Source: Tubulanus polymorphus
Lineage: Eukaryota > Animalia > Nemertea
Direction: 5' to 3'
Assembly (NCBI RefSeq): GCF_964204645.1
Contig: NC_134031.1
Coordinates: 6,262,001-6,326,000 of the forward strand
DNA length: 64,000 nt
In this document: positions 39,013-51,200 of the stretch, one piece after another
Layout of the letters: each line of letters opens with the position of its first letter
Position numbering within the stretch: the first letter of the stretch is position 1
Position numbers and translations under genes: made by a program
The notes under the pieces: model-generated
What the model saw: only the letters and a program-made list of their open reading frames with translations
What the model was told of the DNA's origin: nothing
Databases searched by the model: none

Positions 39013-42000
39013 ATGAGCGTCGTTAAAACGCTTGTCCTGTTCGCGTGCGCTCACTTCAATTTCCAATCATCAGAAGCAGCCGTCAAAGGTAGGATATAAA
39101 AGAGTAAAATTACAAAAAAAAGATCTTGAACGGATGGGTCGAAAACGCCAATTTTAGATTCACTCGCAAATGTTTAAATGTCTGGATATATATTGAGTTA
39201 ATGCCTCAGTTTCCTGGCTCATGGCCTTCATCAGATTTCGAAGGATCAACGTTTGATGCAGAATCATTGCCCTGGTTTAAGGCTATTGTTCCTCCAACGT
39301 ACTAGCTCTAATTCTACATTATCATGCCAACATTCATATTATCGAAAAGTAATGATAACCAATGAAAATATATATCCATCCCACTTAAAAAGAACGTATT
39401 TCCTGACAAATGTGTTAGCTTATTCTCAAGATGTCCCATCATTGCACATCGTTGGTATTTGAAATCTGTAATTCCCTTTTCCCTTATTATAGGAAATTGG
39501 ACTTTTGAACCAGGCATTAATGGTAAGTTATCAAATACGCCTTATCAACATAAAGGAATGATCAGGAATTTGCAAGACTTTCTTGGAGTTCCTTGCGAAT
39601 AACCATAGAATATTGCGAATGTTATGTCAATCCTTCGAATTAGACCTCTTGATAACTTTCTACGGTTAAATACTACGGTTTGTTCCTGCAAATCCTGCTT
39701 GCTCGGGTAATACGGTTGTGACAACGAATGTGTATACACTTATGGGATTTTCTAACAGTTCACAAAAGCCAATAACCATACATAATTGAATCGATTAGAA
39801 CACTGATAATTGATATTGAAAATATACTCGAAGGCCTATTGAAAAGATCGGAAAAAACTTAAGTGTAAAAACACTTTTTATGTTTATAAAACACTCGTGA
39901 TGGTTTTCAGATACTGTATTCAAGAAATCGGTTTTTTATGTAGTGCAAAATGGGTAAAATTTCGTTTCAGCGCGATTGTCAATGATTAAAAAGCATACAA
40001 CAACATTTTCTTTATTAGAAATCGACCAATTTTTTGCATCGATTTGTTCAAAATTTGACAAGGTAAACGTGAACGCAACGTGTGACATCCGGTGAGAAAC
40101 ATGAAGGTCATCAAACCAAACTGCATTAAAAGTTATTTTGACTTCATATGAAAGCTTTCAATTCTTATATGAATTTGTATACCAATTTCCAGGGACCGTT
40201 TAGTCATCAATAACTGTATAAGATCTCAAATCATACGGTACGATTGTGACAGGTGACAAGCTTGTCTAAAAATCAATAAATTTTGACAAAATACAAATTC
40301 TCGGAAACATAAAAAAGATATCATTGAAAGTTGTTCAAATAAATTTTTCGTAAAGCAAATCAATTCAACTCAAGTCAACAAACATACGTAATATGACAAT
40401 ATAGAAAAAATACATTTCATAATCGTCCAGTTTTTTAAACGCTCGAAAAAGTAAAAATGATAAAAACTGCACTACAGAATGGAAGTGACTGTAATGAATG
40501 TCCCCGGTGAATTTTTGTGATGATACCGTATATATCGACTGGAATGCCAACACATCGCGTAAACCTACAAAAGCTACCACTTGATCTTTTGCGCTGAAAT
40601 CTGAGCAAACACTAAAAACAGACATACTATCCACATCGGATAAACATTGTTATTTCTCATTGAAAATAACGAAATTATATTCTAGGTACTGACTATGACA
40701 TAACTCATCGTAGAGAGAACTATATCTGTGTATCCTGTTTAAAAGGAATAACCTAAGAATTTTTGAAAGCTATATAGCTCAGTTAAAAAACCGTTCACCT
40801 TTTCATGGAGAAAAACGTGTGTTTTTGTTTGAATTTTTCGGTGACCTTTGTTACGATGCAGCCATCGTCGCATACATATAAATATGAATTTTCATCCTAG
40901 TTGTTTTGTTGAAATAATTTCATATTTATAAATCCAATCGTTTATGTAGCACACAAAAATATCCAGATATCAATTATTTTAGTTAAGTTGAAATTACCGA
41001 ATAAGATCAAAATCAAAATCTAATCCTCAATCCGGATGATAAATTGATATAAATACAGGCCCGAATTTCGAAAGTAAAACCAGTGTTCGCAAGAGTCTGG
41101 AAGAGCCTTGCAAAGTCCTGCAGAGTTCAGAAAAAGCTCTATGGTGGGGAACAGTATTAGATTGGTAGCTGCAGTGGAAAGAAAGAAAAGATGTCGAGAG
41201 ATTAAAACAATATTCTAAATGCAAAATGCTATATTCTAAAGACTTCTCCTTGGGTTTGCTTTACTGGTTTGATCTGATTCGGAAAGTACATCGAAACGAG
41301 TGATGTTACATGAACCATTGGTATTAACTAGTGGTTATACGCTTGGTTCTATACGATTAAAGAAAATGAACGTCATGTTTCTTGGAGGTTAACTTTCCTT
41401 GGATTGCTTTACTGGTCTGATCTGATTCGGGAATGAAATGAGTGATGTCACAACCTCGTTCATATTGTACCGACGGGGAGTTTCGTCTTCCGAGTCATTG
41501 CTTCGAGAAAGTATGTAAGCCATTTATCCTAGTCAAGAACTTGAATGATTTTTAGGTCCTAGTAATTGGAAATATAAGCATCCACTATGCGACCCCTTAC
41601 TGAATACCAGGCAGTCGCCTATAGAGCTGATAGCAACCAGAACAGTACACGACAAAACATTAAAACCGCTCATCTTCAAAAACTTCGATTCTACACCAAT
41701 CGAGCCGTTTACCTTGCGTAACAATGGGAAATCCGGTAAGTTATTAGATATCAACTGATCGAGGTTGATGTGTTTATTTGGCGTATGCATAACTTAGGTA
41801 AATACATTGACAGATGAAGATGAACCCTTAAGCTCGTCATAAAAAGATCTTATCAATTCTAGAGTAAAATCTAAAATTGCAAGAGCATGTCAAATATATC
41901 AAAGTTTTGGATTGGAAATATTTAAAAAAATGTTGGAAACAGTTTTACATCAAAATCTGGCGTTCATTATATAAATTCAATAGAAATTACTTGAGGTTAA

Positions 42001-44517
42001 GTTCAAAAGCAGATTATAAATCATTCTATACACCAAACCCCTTCATAAACTGGCATGCTCTTTTCATTTATGATCTTAGATGTATTCTCGTTCAAGCTAT
42101 CATTGATCATCTCCCAGTTCGGGATGAATTAGCCGGCGGTAACCTAGAAAACGTGTACATCCTCGAACAAATTCATTTTCACCACGGCAGCCGTCAGAGT
42201 TACGGGGCGGAACATACGATGCATAATAAGCGATACCCCACCGAGGTAGGCCTATAACAATCTAATAAAGTAAAGTCATTTTGAGAAAAAAGATGCGACT
42301 TTTGTGATTAAAATGAAATTGTCCTGTGTACTTTGTGTTTCGATCTGCTGATATTTGTTAGTTGCCATTCCAAGTAGTCTAACACCGAACTAGTTTAACA
42401 CCGAATTACTACTCACAATCAAAAGATAAAGTATAACACTTGAAAACTGGCAGTTTTCGCGGGAAGTGACGTTTCAACACGACGTGTCCTACATGACAAT
42501 ATGACATATGGGAATTGTGCCGTAACGTCACCACTATACGCTTAGCTTTTGAAGTTGTGGGGTTTTCTACCATAGACGTTAAGAAATAAATACAGTTACA
42601 GTTGTACATTGTATTTTGTTCATTTTCAACTCATTGAGTCGAATTAGAACTCATAAGTGTGAATCCGAGTCCTGATTCTATAACTATAGTAGCTGTTTTG
42701 ATTATTTTGTGCCGATATCTTACGTCGTCTAAACGGCCATATAGTAATTCATTATCATTTCAGTTGCATTTCGCGAAATGAATAAAAAAAGAATGTTTTA
42801 ACGGTTTTAGCTTTCCGAAATCAACGGAAAAATAGGAGTCGTATACTTGCAAAAATCTAACATTTCGTATTATTTCATTACGATTCTCACATAATTTTAA
42901 ATTGTATGATTAACAGTATCGAATGCCTTTGAAACGTCCAAGAATAATCACACAGTACTGTGATATCCACGATGATAATTCTCCGTATATTTCAGTATTG
43001 AAAATTCATATAATTTCAGTTGCATTTCGTGCATTACAACCAGAAATACGGCAATTTCAGCAACGCCGTGAATTCCGTCGATGGACTCGCCGTGGTAGGA
43101 ATATTACTCGACGTAAGTTTGAGCGGAGCAGACTCCTCGGCTTAATTTTGTCGGATCAATTAAATTTCTTCTAAGTGATGATTCGATCAATGATAAATCA
43201 TTACAAATTGCTGGTGTTCTTTTACGTATCCTAATCATGAACATATCTTTTAGAAAAACTTACGTTTTGAAATATTTGTTCTTTGGTTCCTTGAGTTTTT
43301 ATTTTAACTATATTTCAATGGGAATTCAAATAACGGGAATCATCATATTGTACTGTGCTATATAAGGAAATGCGCTACGATTTTCAGGATACTGGTACGG
43401 CCGATAATCTAGCGTACAAACCCATCACCGACAACCTGCATCGTATTGTTTATTACCGTACGTATTTACAGTTAACATCTCTCTAACAGGGCATCCAATT
43501 TATAGCGCGACGAGTCAGAAAACGTCTTATTGTTACATTTCAATTTTCAAAGCTTGTATACTTGATTCATCATATCGACATGCGGATATGTATGGGGAAA
43601 GGGTCACCCGGGCGACCAGCACCTCAATTCTTGAAAATTATCTGGCATCATAATAATGACAAAACTGGGATTTATGCTCAATCAGTCAATACCACGACCC
43701 CAGTTGTTGAGTTGAAATTGACCAAGTTGTATCGTTGAAATTGAAAAGAAAATCGACCGATTCAACTCCAAAGTCAATTTCAACCAGAATCATTAACAGA
43801 AAGAAAACGGGAATATTCATAATGTGGTGATGAGTCCGAGGACTTACTTATAAATTACTCATTATTTGCTTATTCTCAGAATCGTCGGTGAATATTTCCG
43901 GATTCAATATGGCATCGTTACTGCCCAAACAGCGACATTATTTCTTCTACGAAGGCGGACTGACCACACCTCCGTGTACCGGTTCCGTGTTGTGGTTCAT
44001 TTTCAAAGAGCCGGTGGTCCTATCAAAAATCCAGGTAAAAACGACGCATCCGCCCGAGAGATTCAAAAGAAATCACCACACAGAAACGGGTGTCAGACAT
44101 TTGTCACCCGTATCAAATATTCGTGATTAATCTACTTTACCAACTGCGACACTGTAATACAAGATTTCGGAAAAGGTTCGAGACCTCCGACTTAGCCAGA
44201 GATAAACATTTCTAGTATTCTATTCTTTTCGGTTATCCGGTTTTTCGAGAAAAATCTGACGACATTTTTCATACATTTCTTTTTCGATTCAGATGAGCGA
44301 ATTCTGGCAACTGAAAAAGACTACCAACGGCACAATACCCGTAGTTCCTATGTTGAACAATTTCCGTCCTACGCTTCGGCTCGGTAGGCGTATCATATTT
44401 AGTTCAAACGCCGAAGCGGATATCCCAACACTAGGCGCAGCTTCTCCGCTAGAATACAGATCGTTTCTCGTGATCTTAGGCGTTATGTCTGTTTCGCTAT
44501 TATCACTCGTTATTTAG
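39013..44517 (+). CDS. Alpha-carbonic anhydrase, secreted/GPI-anchored type, paralog 2 (~325 aa, 8 exons)
   Basis: Exons 39013-39088, 39493-39522, 41556-41735, 42097-42245, 43020-43112, 43388-43457, 43880-44034, 44293-44517. Internal exon lengths (30,180,149,93,70,155) are identical to paralog 1, and the motifs match. Confidence 0.95.
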
Positions 44518-44741
44518 TACTGCAGCGGGGGCGAATTCAAGGGGACTTTTGAGACAAGTCCATCGAATTCTTTTGAGTGAACTTTTTATTCAGTCAACAA
44601 AGATTATCGGTGCATTTCAGTGCGGGAGTACACCTACCTAATATTGCCTCTTTGGACATTTAAGTGCTCTCTCTTTACGGATGTGACAAGGCCTTCAAAA
44701 ACGCCTCTGGATCCGCCCCTGCTATAGCGATGAACTCAGAG

Positions 44742-45229
44742 ACTATAAATCTTAGAGTTGTATCTACGCATAGTTACAGTTTCGGCGCTACAAATTTTCT
44801 CAATTCTAACTACCAGGTATATCGAGAGAAATCCGACAATAAATCAGCGAAAGATGTTAAGTTTTAGTAGTTCACGAGGATATGTTTAGAGCAACGATAG
44901 TTCAGTATGACTGATGATGGCTAATAGGTTTTTAGCCTAAACGTTACTCTAAATATATTCTCACCAACTATAAATCTTAGAGTTGTATCTACGCATAGTT
45001 ACAGTTTCGGCGCTACAAATTTTCTCAATTCTAACTATATCGAGAGAAATCCGACAATAAATCAGCGAAAGATGTTAAGTTTTAGTAGTTCACGAGGATA
45101 TGTTTAGAGCAACGATAGTTCAGTATGACTGATGATGGCTAATAGGTTTTTAGCCTAAACGTTACTCTAAATATATTCTCACCAACTACTGAAATTGAGC
45201 ATCTTTCGCTGATTTATTGTCGGATTTCT
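44742..45229. repeat. Two-copy tandem repeat (225 and 218 bp) plus a 70-bp inverted repeat enclosing a hammerhead-like core
   Basis: Copies 44742-44966 and 44967-45184 differ only by a 7-nt indel. Inverted arms 45045-45114 and 45160-45229. Confidence 0.9.
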
Positions 45230-46935
45230 ATCGTTTATTCATCTTACACGGTTATCGTGTATCATCTCGACTTATCTAATCTATATATATATAACCTTAA
45301 GTTATTAGCATCAGTTCTGAATGAATGAACTTCATAATACTAAGATTTCATGGCTACTATATACGCTGTATATATATCTTTTACATTAAGCGATAAATTG
45401 TATTCAAGAAAATGTCACATAATCATGGTCATTTTGAAAGGTCAATCGTTGTACAATGGAAGGTGATCTCGTTATTTTGATTTGATGGATAGACGTACTA
45501 CAAAATGTATTGTATATATGATATATTGATCTTGTCTCACTGTGACCGTCCTGTTCTGATCGTAAAGAGCATCGGCCACAAAAAAATGTACAAAATTAGT
45601 GAAATTTACTGAAATTTCTGGGAGAAGTCAGAATTGTGGGTCATTCTAAATGTTGTTTAATAACACGCGTTACATCACTGGGCGAAGCTACTACTGCTTT
45701 AAAAAACGCTTACCGACGAAATATAGCCTTAGGAGAATATAAGAGCGTAAGATCAAGCGATCTATAAGTCTGACATCTTGAGATCGATGTTTTGACCAAC
45801 TTGTATTTTGGACGTCACAACAGCCGACACAAATTATCGATCGATTCGTGAACGCGGTAAATTTCGTCTGCTATTGATGCTAAGCTTTATGACAGGATTT
45901 CCTATGACATTCGCGACAGCAAAATTGCACAAGCAGAAGATGTAGAAATTCATAAGAGCATAACATCCTTATTAATCATGTCTTCGATGAAATTCTCCTC
46001 CTTCCATTAACGACGCCTGCAGTTATGCTGAAACTCTCCTTAATAGCAATGCTTTGAATTCTTTTCTTTCAAATGAATCCGTTCGCGTCGATTCTACCCA
46101 GATGGGTACTTGATTAAAATACAAAAGCTTAATAACAAAGAATTGGTTATCGGTGGTTTCCAAATTAGTTCATCCCTATATTCAATCACTATCATACGAC
46201 ATGAATTCTGTTTTGCGGGGCCGACTGAAGCATTGGCCAGGTCTAGATCACATATAATGTCCCCGGACGATTTGTGGTCGTCCATTCTATATTGTAATTT
46301 CTTATATGCATAATAAAATTTCAATGATCACAAAAAGAAATTGACCCGGCTTATATCCGAGCGCTGGATTCTATATATTATATAAATCCTTTCTTCTAAA
46401 TGGAAGCAATTCAAGACTCTAGGGTTATTTTTGAGACCCTAGCTATCGTGCAACATTTTACAGAGACCGGAACAGGCCAAGCGAATTTCGAATAGCCTTC
46501 AGACAACAATATCATCTGCAAAATTATTGGCCAAAGGATGAAATGCCTACCCTTATTCATGCTCACCTTACAACAGATCTCAGGATTGAGGGTTTTGGTT
46601 GTAGCGGGACCATTATGATCCTCCACTTAATCCGTCAATAAGGGGGCATCTGATCCTACGACACTGGCGTATCATTAGCCAAAGCGCCCCGGCTGCTCCG
46701 GCTACGCCGATCCTGTTTTGAAAACTAATATAAGAACGTGACCTTGACAAAGCAAGTGGAAAACACATTTCTAACGAAAGAGTAAGAATTACACTATTAC
46801 CTGATGGACTGATCGCACGTGAAGTGGTCGTTTTTGACCTTGCTTAAACATAACAAAATATGATATGGGGTTTTTAGTAACAAACGAAGCCTATAATGTA
46901 AATGGCTCCTACCTTCTGATCAGAAAGTTTTACTA

Positions 46936-47094
46936 CAGTAAACCACGCCTAACTCGGACTAACTGGGACCGGCAAAATTGGTCCGAGGTTAGCAAAGTCT
47001 GAGTTGAGGGATCGGAAAATACGTTAGGGAATCCGAAAAAATATTCGTTGCTGACGGGTTTGTAAAAATTCCGAGTAAGGCGCGGTTTATACTG
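46936..47094. mobile_element. Tc1/mariner-pogo type MITE
   Basis: TA-CAGTAAACCACGCCTAACTCGGA ... TCCGAGTAAGGCGCGGTTTATACTG-TA, with a TA target duplication. Confidence 0.8.
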
Positions 47095-48274
47095 TATATA
47101 TAGTCTGATGTCCTTTAGTCGAGTGGAGGGTACATTTCTATGCAAACTCAAATATTCATAGTGCTCTGACTTTCTGTCTTTTTAGTATTAAAATGAAATT
47201 TCTTACTGAATTTCTTACTGCTGTTTGATGGCAAAGAAGCCGTTTTTGCTATATTTTACACGTACGTATGTTTGCGACCCGACCGTTTGCGAAATATCAA
47301 ATGAGTAATGCCGACTCATGGTATTTCTCAGCACTAGCGTCAGTACCCCCGGGATTAAAACCACATCGGATTAACTGATTATCGGATCAGTCGAAGATTC
47401 CGTACACGATTCATTAATTCTTGATTAATTAATTAGAATCGGATAATTCGGTATGTTACTCGACCAGAAATGTATGTCTGCGGTCGATTGTTGAAAATCA
47501 TCGGAGAATACGGCTCGGATATACATAGGCCCTCTTCGGATCTTGATCAGACCATATTTTACTAGAAGTAATATTGTTCTTGTTTCAACCTCCAATTGTA
47601 ATTGTTTGTATTTCTTTAAAATTCGCTGATGAAGATTGAGATTTTTTTCAATTCAAACCACTGAAATACTATTTGTTAACAATATTTTTCTTCGTGTGTA
47701 AGTTCGGGAAAACGTCTAACACTAACCTTCACCTATGGTCATATTCGATATAACATGAAGATATTTCTGCATGAATCAAATTTTCTAGGATCCAGGATCC
47801 GGTTCCACAGTCGCGAGTCAGTAAACCCTCATTTGAAATTAGGTCATTTTCAATGAGTTAACTCTGAGTCATTATCTTAACTCACCAACCGTGGAACTGG
47901 GTCCAGTTCAACAATTGAGAATTAAATTTAATCAAGTATATGGATCAATTATAGTTTGATGTGAATTAACTGGTGTTGAAATAACTACGCACGGATCGGA
48001 TACGCTGAGATAATAAGTAACACAAATTGTAATTAAGATATCCATGCGCGATTGGTGACCGATAAAAATGGGACGAGCAAGTTAACATTTTTAGACCGTT
48101 TTATGTAGTAGTTCGGTAATAGGATACTTTTTTTTGTCCAATCAACGAATATCAAACCGTCTGCGAACTCGCAGTTGGTACTCGCGCGAGCGCGCGTGTG
48201 TGCCTGTTGTGTCACACGTTAACACGGGACTCGTCCTGTAGCATTCAGTCCATTATTCTATTACTTAAGTCAGC

Positions 48275-51200
48275 ATGGCACCGACAGAGAAATTTACAAC
48301 GGCTCTGTCTATCGTTTCGGTGACGTTGATTTTTTACTTATCACCAGACTGTACAGCTATTAAAGGTAAGCTGGTATTCATGTCAATTTTTCTTATCATC
48401 TGTAAATGTACATGCGTGTTGTTCTTCGAGCGTTGAAATGTATCTAAAACCTAATCAGAAATGTTGGTGATTTCATTTAAAGGCATTCGCTACATTTTAA
48501 TCATTGTTCAAGATTTTGTGCTTCGTCAAAGATATATGATTGTTGCGATTTGTTTTTCTTCAAAACCCCGCCGAAATAATGCTTCAATGATATAAAACAA
48601 TAATACATCTTCAACAATGACTTCAGTAAGAAAAATTCAATACCTCAACACACGGAGTGCTTTGTATTCGAGTTTCGTTTGAAAAAATCGCCTCGCTCGT
48701 GCCGTTGCTACACGAATTCCGTTTTAACGAAACACTTAAAGAGTATATGTCGATCGTTCCGCAATTTTAAGTGTTAGCGGTGAAAACTGATGAAACGGCG
48801 GCTTTAGGAACATTTCCCCCCGAAGACGAACGGGCTTTTTAAGGCTCAATCGATTTACGGTTCATACCTGCCTCCATGAAAATGTGAACAAATACAAAAT
48901 CGATAGGGAATGTCTTTTTGCGACGCATGGCGTATATACATATCCGCTATTGCCAACTATATGACATAGATATCGTATGAGATGTGGATGAAAATAAAAT
49001 AACGTTAATTATAGCGCATAGCTGCAAGTTGTTGTTGTATGGATGGATACGCGGGCATTATCACGTTCGTTTCTTAGGGCCACCAGCGACCACGTATCTT
49101 TTCGGGTATAAAAATAGGCGGGTGATATTTTGCCAATGCGGCACTATTCCTGTTAGCGCATTTTTGCCAATGGCTCGTTTCGATAGGCTAATTTACACCG
49201 CGCATGCGCACTACTAGCGTAGCGTCTCTACACCAGACCACCGAGGATCGATGGAATCCCACTGAATGTTCTAACTACATATAGCACTCAACCTTACCCT
49301 TACGCTATCGCTAGCTGTAAAACGGACCCTAAACCTCACCCTCTGGATCCAGGCCCTAACCCTAGCGAGACGCTAACCCTCAACCTAATAAAATGATTTA
49401 ATGGTTATTTTCATTAGTTGATCCTACTATACATGTATATCAATAGGCAAAAAGCGTTAAACGCCGCATTGGCAAAATATCCACTTCCATAGGAATAAGG
49501 TATTAGGCACACTCTTCCGATATCGACGGCTAGAACCGGGAAAGAGTGCGGCCTATAACCATAATATCAAGGTCCAAGATCGCCAATTGATCTCAGAACA
49601 AAATAAACCTCAAAGAAACTCGTCGAATCTCTATAGATAATTTATGCATTTATCCATTCGATTTCTGTATTTTCATGAATATCGTTTTTTAATTCGTATA
49701 TGTTTATCGTATGTGCATGCGGCCGTTACTAACCACTACGTAGGATGCAACCTAACTAAGATCTACCATCGATATGTAAATAAATTCTCCGAGATCGCCG
49801 TCGACCAGAAGTTGAAGTATGTCCCAGGAGTATAGAGGAACGTTTAGGTCAGCGACTTCGAGGAGAACGGTTGCTAACTTGAAGTTCTTCGCGTAATTAG
49901 TGACCAATTCAACACGGCATTCGAATAGATGAAATGCAGAATGCTGGTTTTGAAATGTGATTATGCAAATGCAGCGGTCGGGTTCAAAATATGCTTAACA
50001 CGAATTCTATTAAGTCAAGTCCATGAAAAACCTCCGGTGTCGAACGTTCTGAGTATTTGAAACTAGATGTTTTTATCACAGCAATCCTTGCCAATTAGTT
50101 GATTGAATTTGAGTAGTATTTGAAATTAGATTTTACGCCAAACTTGCCCGACTGATAAGCAAGCATGAAACTGAATAAAGCGACTGAAATTAGGCCGAAG
50201 GATCTCCCGTCGGAATGATATGCATCTCAGCGAAATTCAACCGATGTTGATAGCCTACGATTTCTAAATTCAAACCAAAAGAAAACCGTCGGTTATCAAA
50301 TATCAAGTCACCACCTTTTACTCGATATCTGAATGTTGTATCGTTATTTTGTCTCACGTTTAAGTTATATTTGTGGGATTTATTTCCATTCGATTACTGC
50401 ACAAACCTGTGTTTTTAGTTCATTGCATTATCTGTAGTCTAGCGTACTCATGAGCATGCTTCATATTCATCTTCGTTGTCAGTAAGTTTTGCAAATCGCA
50501 CTTCCAATCATTGTGAGCGCTGAGCCTATCATCTATAGAAACTATAACTATGATATGATATGATATTACTTATTTTCATGTAAGTTTTACAGAATCAACG
50601 AATAAACAAATTCATTGAAAATGTTATAATATTAAATAATCAGTAACTATCAGTAAATAAATTCAATTTATAAGAAATGAAAAGAAATAAAAGGACGAAG
50701 AGAATAAAATTGTTCAATAAAAATAATAAGTATCGTTATCAAAGGGATTTGTCAATTTGATACGATAATATGCATAAAATATTGATAATAATGTTAAACA
50801 GCAGAAAATTATGCGAATATTTCATTTCAGGACCGATTATAATAGAAGACGCAAAAGGTTATCGTACGGAACCGATCCGTAAGTCTAATGATATGCAATG
50901 TATATGATGCACTCGTCCTTATTTGCCAGGGTCAACTTTCGTTTGTATCGTTTGAAACCAGCAATGGGGCACCGGCACTCCCTAGGGCCACAAAACACTG
51001 GATCATTCGTTTCAAATTTCAATTATTCGTGAAAAAACGGTTTATTTTCAATGAAATTTGAACTTTTTAAACTGGCTTCCACATTCGAAAATTATCAAAC
51101 AAGTCATCGAATAGATATAGGGTCCACTTTCTCACTTATTTTTTGGTACAGACTTCACTGAAAGTCGATTTACTAATAAGAAAAGTTGACTCAAATGTAA

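Noticed and set aside
49290-49390. Interstitial telomere or chromosome fusion site
   Set aside because: Only a few degenerate TAACCC units, enclosed by inverted repeats of a mobile element.
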